A DNA stretch of 64,000 nucleotides, taken from the IMG/VR virus record IMGVR_UViG_3300028591_005215, positions 1-64,000 of that record; one strand, 5' to 3'. The position numbers and the translations under genes were made by a program. Below, piece after piece: positions 59,604-64,000 of this stretch. The notes beneath the pieces are model-generated. The model was not told where the DNA came from. It was given only the letters and a program-made list of their open reading frames with translations, and searched no databases. Every line of letters starts with the position of its first letter. Positions within the stretch are counted from its first letter, which is position 1. Origin of the DNA: a virus. Its lineage: Duplodnaviria; Caudoviricetes.

Positions 59604-62300
59604 ATGGCTAAAAAAAAGAAAAAGGACATAGAATGGTCACATTATCAATTAGCGATTTATGATTTCATACAAAATGGTCAAGGAAATGCAGTAATAGAAG
59701 CATGCGCTGGTAGTGGTAAAAGTACATCATTAGTTAAATGTTTGGATTTTATTGGTGAAGATAAACGTATTTTAATTACCGCCTTTAACAAAGACATAGT
59801 TAATGTTCTTACTAAAAAGACTAAGAATAGGACTAATGTATCTTCTATGACAATGCATAGCCTTGGTTTGCAAATGTTACGAACAAACTTTAGGGATAAA
59901 TCTTTAGAATTAGATGAATTTAAATATAGGTCTTTTGTTTCAACAAATCTTAAAAAATTAACATCAATTGACACATATGCGTTAGGCAAAAAAGACTTTC
60001 TTAGATATGTAGATAATATTTGTAAATATATTGATTTTGGTAGATATTATCTTTGTCAAACAGTAAAAGATTTAGACTTTATAGAGGATAGATACGAAAT
60101 AGACACAATTGCTGACGAAAAGGCAGTCGCAATACAATCAATGGAATGGGGTAAAAGAAATCTTGATACGATTGACTATACTGATATGGTTTGGCTTCCA
60201 AATATGCTGAACTGCCAACCTTATGGACTTAAATTTGATTGGATTGCAGTTGATGAAGCACAAGACCTTAACTGTGCGCAAAGGGAATTATTACTAAAAT
60301 GTAGGAAAATTTCAACACGTATGCTAATATTTGGCGATAGTGACCAATGCCAACCAACGGGAACTAAAGTTATGCTCACTGATGGTACTGAAAAAAATAT
60401 TGAAGACTTAAATGTTGGCGATTATGTTGTAACATATAATAGCGAATATGGATATTATGTTGGATATAAAAATTATTCTGTTAAAGGTAATATAACAAAC
60501 CATCAATGCAAACGAATTAGTGCAATAGAACATCATACTGAAAATGAACTAATAACTATTGAAACAACTAGTGGCAAAAAAAGTTCTTATACCCCTAGTC
60601 ATATTTGTTATGCTAGAATGAATAGAGAATATAGCAAGACTGCATACTGTACTTATGTCATGAGAAATGATAAAGGCATGTATCGAATTGGTAAGACTAA
60701 ACTTTATAGAAATAATTATACATTTTCATTAAGCCACCGATTACTGAGTGAGGGGTGTATAGACGCATGGATTTTAAATATTTTTGAGACAGAAAAAGAA
60801 GCTAGAATATGCGAACTTGTAAATAGTTATAAATTTGGAATACCACAACTAGTATTTGATATGGAACGAGCAAATAATGCTGAAGGTAGAACTCCATATT
60901 TTTTAAATGAAGAAATTTGTGAAATTTATAAGCAAATTAATGAAAATATCGAAGAAAGGGTTAAAAGATGTTTAGAGTATAATCATAGAAAATTGGAATA
61001 TCCAATTGTTTCTAGAAATAAAAAAAATTATATTTCAAAAGAGCATTTTACAACATTTAATGCATGCAATTTATTTCCTAAATTTATGGAGGTTAATACG
61101 TTAAATGAAAATAATTTAAGAGAAAAACATAAATATAAAATTATAAGAACACCTGAAAAAATTACAAATGTTAAATATAGTTATGGAGAATTTGAAGTAT
61201 ATTCATTAAATGTTGAGGGAAATCATAATTATGTTGCAGATGGAATATTGACACATAATTGCCTTTATAGCTTTAGCGGAAGTGACCCTGATTCATTTAA
61301 TATCCTTAAATCGCTCCCTAACACGATTTCTTTACCACTTAGTATAAGTTATCGGTGTGCAGATAATATCGTCTCATACGCAAAGCAATTAGTCCCTACA
61401 ATAGAAAAAAATACTGAAGGTAGGAAAGGCGAAATAATTGAAAATGCTAAGATAGAAGACGTTAATGATGGTGATATGATTGTTTGCCGTAATAATGCAC
61501 CTTTGATGAAAATTTATAATTCTTTTATAAAAGAAGGGAAGAAATGTTTTGTCAGGGGCAAAGACATTGGAAACAATCTTAAACGTATTGTTAAAAACAC
61601 TAAAAAAGAAAACTTGTATAAAGATTTAAGTAAAGACGGGGTTTTCGTAAGACTTTACAGCAATTTGTTTGACGCAAGAGACACTTTGATGCTTAACAGT
61701 AACATTGATTTAGACACTGCTATGCAGTCATCTTTAATCGTTAACAGATTAGATACAATTAAAGCACTTGAAGTTCTTGCTGATGGCATTAATACCACCG
61801 ATGAACTAATAGAAAAAATATCTAATGTGTTTTCTGATAGGAAAAAGAACGGTATTTCATTATCAACAATCCATAAAGCCAAAGGGCTTGAAGCAGATAG
61901 AGTATTTGTGGCATGTAAATCATTAATGCCATCAAAGTCAGCTAAAAAGGATTGGGAAATTAAACAAGAATATAATCTTATGTATGTTGCTTACACAAGA
62001 GCTAAAAATACATTAGGATTCCTTGATGAAAGCTATTTTGATGATATAATTTCAGACTTGCCAAAAGAAAAGAAAAAATTAACTGCAATTGAAATGCAAG
62101 TTAGCAAAGTATTGGGTAAAAAAGCTAAATACATTTCAGCAAGTACTGCTTACGCTTCTGAAATTGTAAAACGTGCAGGCAAATTAGAAATGCCTAAGTC
62201 CAATTCAAAGTCATTAAGTAAAGAAACCAAAAGAGTACAAGTTAAACCATCACTTAGTGGACTTTTCAATAGAAAAATAACAAAAAGAACTTTGTTTTAA
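59604..62300 (+). CDS. UvrD/Rep-like SF1 helicase interrupted by an intein
   Basis: ACAGSGKS, VDEAQD, GDSDQ|..|CLYSF.G, STIHKAKGLE, YVAYTRAK. Confidence 0.92.
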   Translation: MAKKKKKDIEWSHYQLAIYDFIQNGQGNAVIEACAGSGKSTSLVKCLDFIGEDKRILITAFNKDIVNVLTKKTKNRTNVSSMTMHSLGLQMLRTNFRDKSLELDEFKYRSFVSTNLKKLTSIDTYALGKKDFLRYVDNICKYIDFGRYYLCQTVKDLDFIEDRYEIDTIADEKAVAIQSMEWGKRNLDTIDYTDMVWLPNMLNCQPYGLKFDWIAVDEAQDLNCAQRELLLKCRKISTRMLIFGDSDQCQPTGTKVMLTDGTEKNIEDLNVGDYVVTYNSEYGYYVGYKNYSVKGNITNHQCKRISAIEHHTENELITIETTSGKKSSYTPSHICYARMNREYSKTAYCTYVMRNDKGMYRIGKTKLYRNNYTFSLSHRLLSEGCIDAWILNIFETEKEARICELVNSYKFGIPQLVFDMERANNAEGRTPYFLNEEICEIYKQINENIEERVKRCLEYNHRKLEYPIVSRNKKNYISKEHFTTFNACNLFPKFMEVNTLNENNLREKHKYKIIRTPEKITNVKYSYGEFEVYSLNVEGNHNYVADGILTHNCLYSFSGSDPDSFNILKSLPNTISLPLSISYRCADNIVSYAKQLVPTIEKNTEGRKGEIIENAKIEDVNDGDMIVCRNNAPLMKIYNSFIKEGKKCFVRGKDIGNNLKRIVKNTKKENLYKDLSKDGVFVRLYSNLFDARDTLMLNSNIDLDTAMQSSLIVNRLDTIKALEVLADGINTTDELIEKISNVFSDRKKNGISLSTIHKAKGLEADRVFVACKSLMPSKSAKKDWEIKQEYNLMYVAYTRAKNTLGFLDESYFDDIISDLPKEKKKLTAIEMQVSKVLGKKAKYISASTAYASEIVKRAGKLEMPKSNSKSLSKETKRVQVKPSLSGLFNRKITKRTLF
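60348..61259 (+). mobile_element. Intein (304 aa) in helicase motif III
   Basis: Begins CQPTGTKV, block B TPSH, ends NYVADGILTHN followed by Cys+1. Confidence 0.92.
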
Positions 62301-62305
62301 ATAAT

Positions 62306-62596
62306 ATGAGCAGCATTAAAACAATTAAAAGATATTGGGCTGATTGGTGTCAGCCTTGTCACGCATTTGAAAAAACATTCAATGAAGCATCAGCCAAAGA
62401 TAAATATAAAAATATTAGTTTTGAGTCTATAAATATAGAAGATGATGAAGGTGTTGACGATTCAATTAAATATAGTATAAGAAGTATACCAACAACAATT
62501 CTTTTTGGTGAAAACGGAGAATGTTTAAAAAAAATAATAGGAAACGTATCATTATCTGATTTTGAAATGATTGTGGACGATGAATTAACTATGTGA
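62306..62596 (+). CDS. Thioredoxin
   Basis: WADWCQPC and IRSIPT. Confidence 0.92.
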   Translation: MSSIKTIKRYWADWCQPCHAFEKTFNEASAKDKYKNISFESINIEDDEGVDDSIKYSIRSIPTTILFGENGECLKKIIGNVSLSDFEMIVDDELTM

Positions 62597-62683
62597 TGAT
62601 AACGGTGTGAGTTTACTATATTATGGTAGATATAGTGGGTGTATTAAGAATAAGAAAATAATTCTATATAAAATAAAGCAATT

Positions 62684-63550
62684 ATGATACTTGGTTTCTG
62701 CGGGAGAATGAGGTCTGGAAAAACAGAGCTTGCTAAAGTTTGTGAAAAATATGGCTATAAAAGACTGTATTTTGCTTTGCCGTTAAAGGCAATTTGTGCT
62801 GAGTTTTTAAATATATCTATAGATGAACTTAATAGGTTAAAAAATGAAAATATTGGCATAGATATAGATATATCTAATGATGCTATTGAATATTTTTCCG
62901 AACAAACTAAAATACCAATAGAAACTGTTCAAATGGTTATCGGTGGTAAACATATTAAAAATGTTAGGGAAATGCTTCAAGTAATAGGAACTGATTTAAT
63001 TAGGGGGTATAATATGAATTGGCATATTAATAAAATTAGGGAAATGATTAACCCTGATAAAAAATATGTAATTGAAGATGTTAGATTCCCCAACGAAAAA
63101 GAAATGATTGAAGAATTAGGTGGTGAAAATTGGTTTGTTGTTAGGCCTCAATTAAGTAATATTTCGCACCACATATCTGAAGAATCTTTGAAATGGCAAG
63201 ACTTTGGTGATAATGTAATAATTAACAACAAGTCACTTGAATATCTATCTGTTACATGGGAAAATTTTTTGCTTAATTATGATATGTCAGTAAAATTAAG
63301 GCAAAAACTTGTAGTTGATATTTCATTAAAAGGTTTGGGTTATATTAAAGATGATGCTTTCACGTTGTCTGATTCATTATTTATTTCACCTTATTTTTTT
63401 AATTACAAAAAAAATAATATAAATGAAGAACAAATTAGAAATGTTTCTTTAAACGATAAAGGAAATGCTGTAGTTGAACTTAAGGACGGCTCAATTTTGC
63501 TAATATCAAACCCACTTAACATTGAAGATTTAAAATTTTTGATTAATTAA
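62684..63550 (+). CDS. Deoxynucleoside monophosphate kinase
   Basis: GRMRSGKT, FALPLK, REMLQVIGT, DVRFPNE, H.SE. Confidence 0.88.
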   Translation: MILGFCGRMRSGKTELAKVCEKYGYKRLYFALPLKAICAEFLNISIDELNRLKNENIGIDIDISNDAIEYFSEQTKIPIETVQMVIGGKHIKNVREMLQVIGTDLIRGYNMNWHINKIREMINPDKKYVIEDVRFPNEKEMIEELGGENWFVVRPQLSNISHHISEESLKWQDFGDNVIINNKSLEYLSVTWENFLLNYDMSVKLRQKLVVDISLKGLGYIKDDAFTLSDSLFISPYFFNYKKNNINEEQIRNVSLNDKGNAVVELKDGSILLISNPLNIEDLKFLIN

Positions 63551-63725
63551 CATATTTATTTTTGTGTTTAATTTTTTTAATTATATATTAGCAACATATG
63601 GCACAATTAGCAAAATTAGAAACAAAACGAATGTATCAAACTTCAGACGGTATGAAACATGACACATACGAAAAAGCTTTGTATCATTCAAACATTTTGA
63701 AGTTTAGAAAAAAAATAGGATTGTT

Positions 63726-63914
63726 ATGAAAAAGAGTAAAAGACCTAAGTCAACCGACCCAATTAAAATTTTGCGTTGGCTAAGTAGGGATGACGAATTT
63801 GAACGCAATGGAGGTGGTCAATGGGTAGCCAAAGATAGACCTTGGAAAAACAAAAAGAAGTATGATAGAAAAGTAAATAAAAAAGACTTGGGGAATATCC
63901 TCAAGTCTTTTTAG
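63726..63914 (+). CDS. Small basic hypothetical protein
   Basis: 62 aa, KNKKKYDRK motif. Confidence 0.6.
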   Translation: MKKSKRPKSTDPIKILRWLSRDDEFERNGGGQWVAKDRPWKNKKKYDRKVNKKDLGNILKSF

Positions 63915-64000
63915 TTTTTATACATTTTAATCTTCTGACTGGCCTAAATCTAATCCGTATTTTTTTCTTTCATCATAATCTTGCTGCGCTGCTATACCTC

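Noticed and set aside
5700-61882. Numerous short antisense or overlapping ORFs in the six-frame track (e.g. 5947-6381, 8167-8574, 46662-47012, 59102-59527)
   Set aside because: They are shadows of longer, motif-bearing genes on the other strand or frame.
1-64000. TAG-to-Gln recoding as in Lak megaphages
   Set aside because: Long genes (1316, 898 and 693 aa) are intact in the standard code, and the TAG stops seen fall at plausible gene ends. Recoding elsewhere in the genome is not excluded.

Overview
AT-rich segment of a large (jumbo-type) phage genome with a Bacteroidota host, probably Prevotella-like. The host call rests on TTTG-N~20-TAnnTTTG promoters throughout and on small-protein families typical of Bacteroidota phages. 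Layout: (i) 0.4-9.2 kb, a + strand run of small hypothetical genes. (ii) 9.5-33.5 kb, a - strand array of 1-3-gene cassettes, each with its own promoter, SD-like leader and terminator. It is punctuated by 17 copies of an opposing + strand promoter element and 7 copies of a 16-bp palindrome, and contains duplicated genes, one tRNA(CAU) and an ORF-free ncRNA operon at about 19.0-19.9 kb. (iii) 33.6-34.0 kb, a perfect parS palindrome, a GC-rich island and A-tract repeats (possible origin or terminus). (iv) 34.2-64 kb: 12 tandem paralogues, a sialidase/Ig-domain protein, a DNA methyltransferase, a TonB receptor-NadR-PnuC operon, four ADP-ribosyltransferase-like proteins, lysozyme, an RlaP-like nucleotidyltransferase, an intein-containing UvrD helicase, thioredoxin and a dNMP kinase. 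The best candidate for a new system is the cluster of four non-canonical tRNA-like RNAs at 19221-19772. They have an 8-bp acceptor stem, a hairpin-extended D arm, an invariant anticodon arm and clear covariation, and two of them are followed by trailers antisense to SD+AUG sequences. All product calls are by motif recognition only; no database searches were run.
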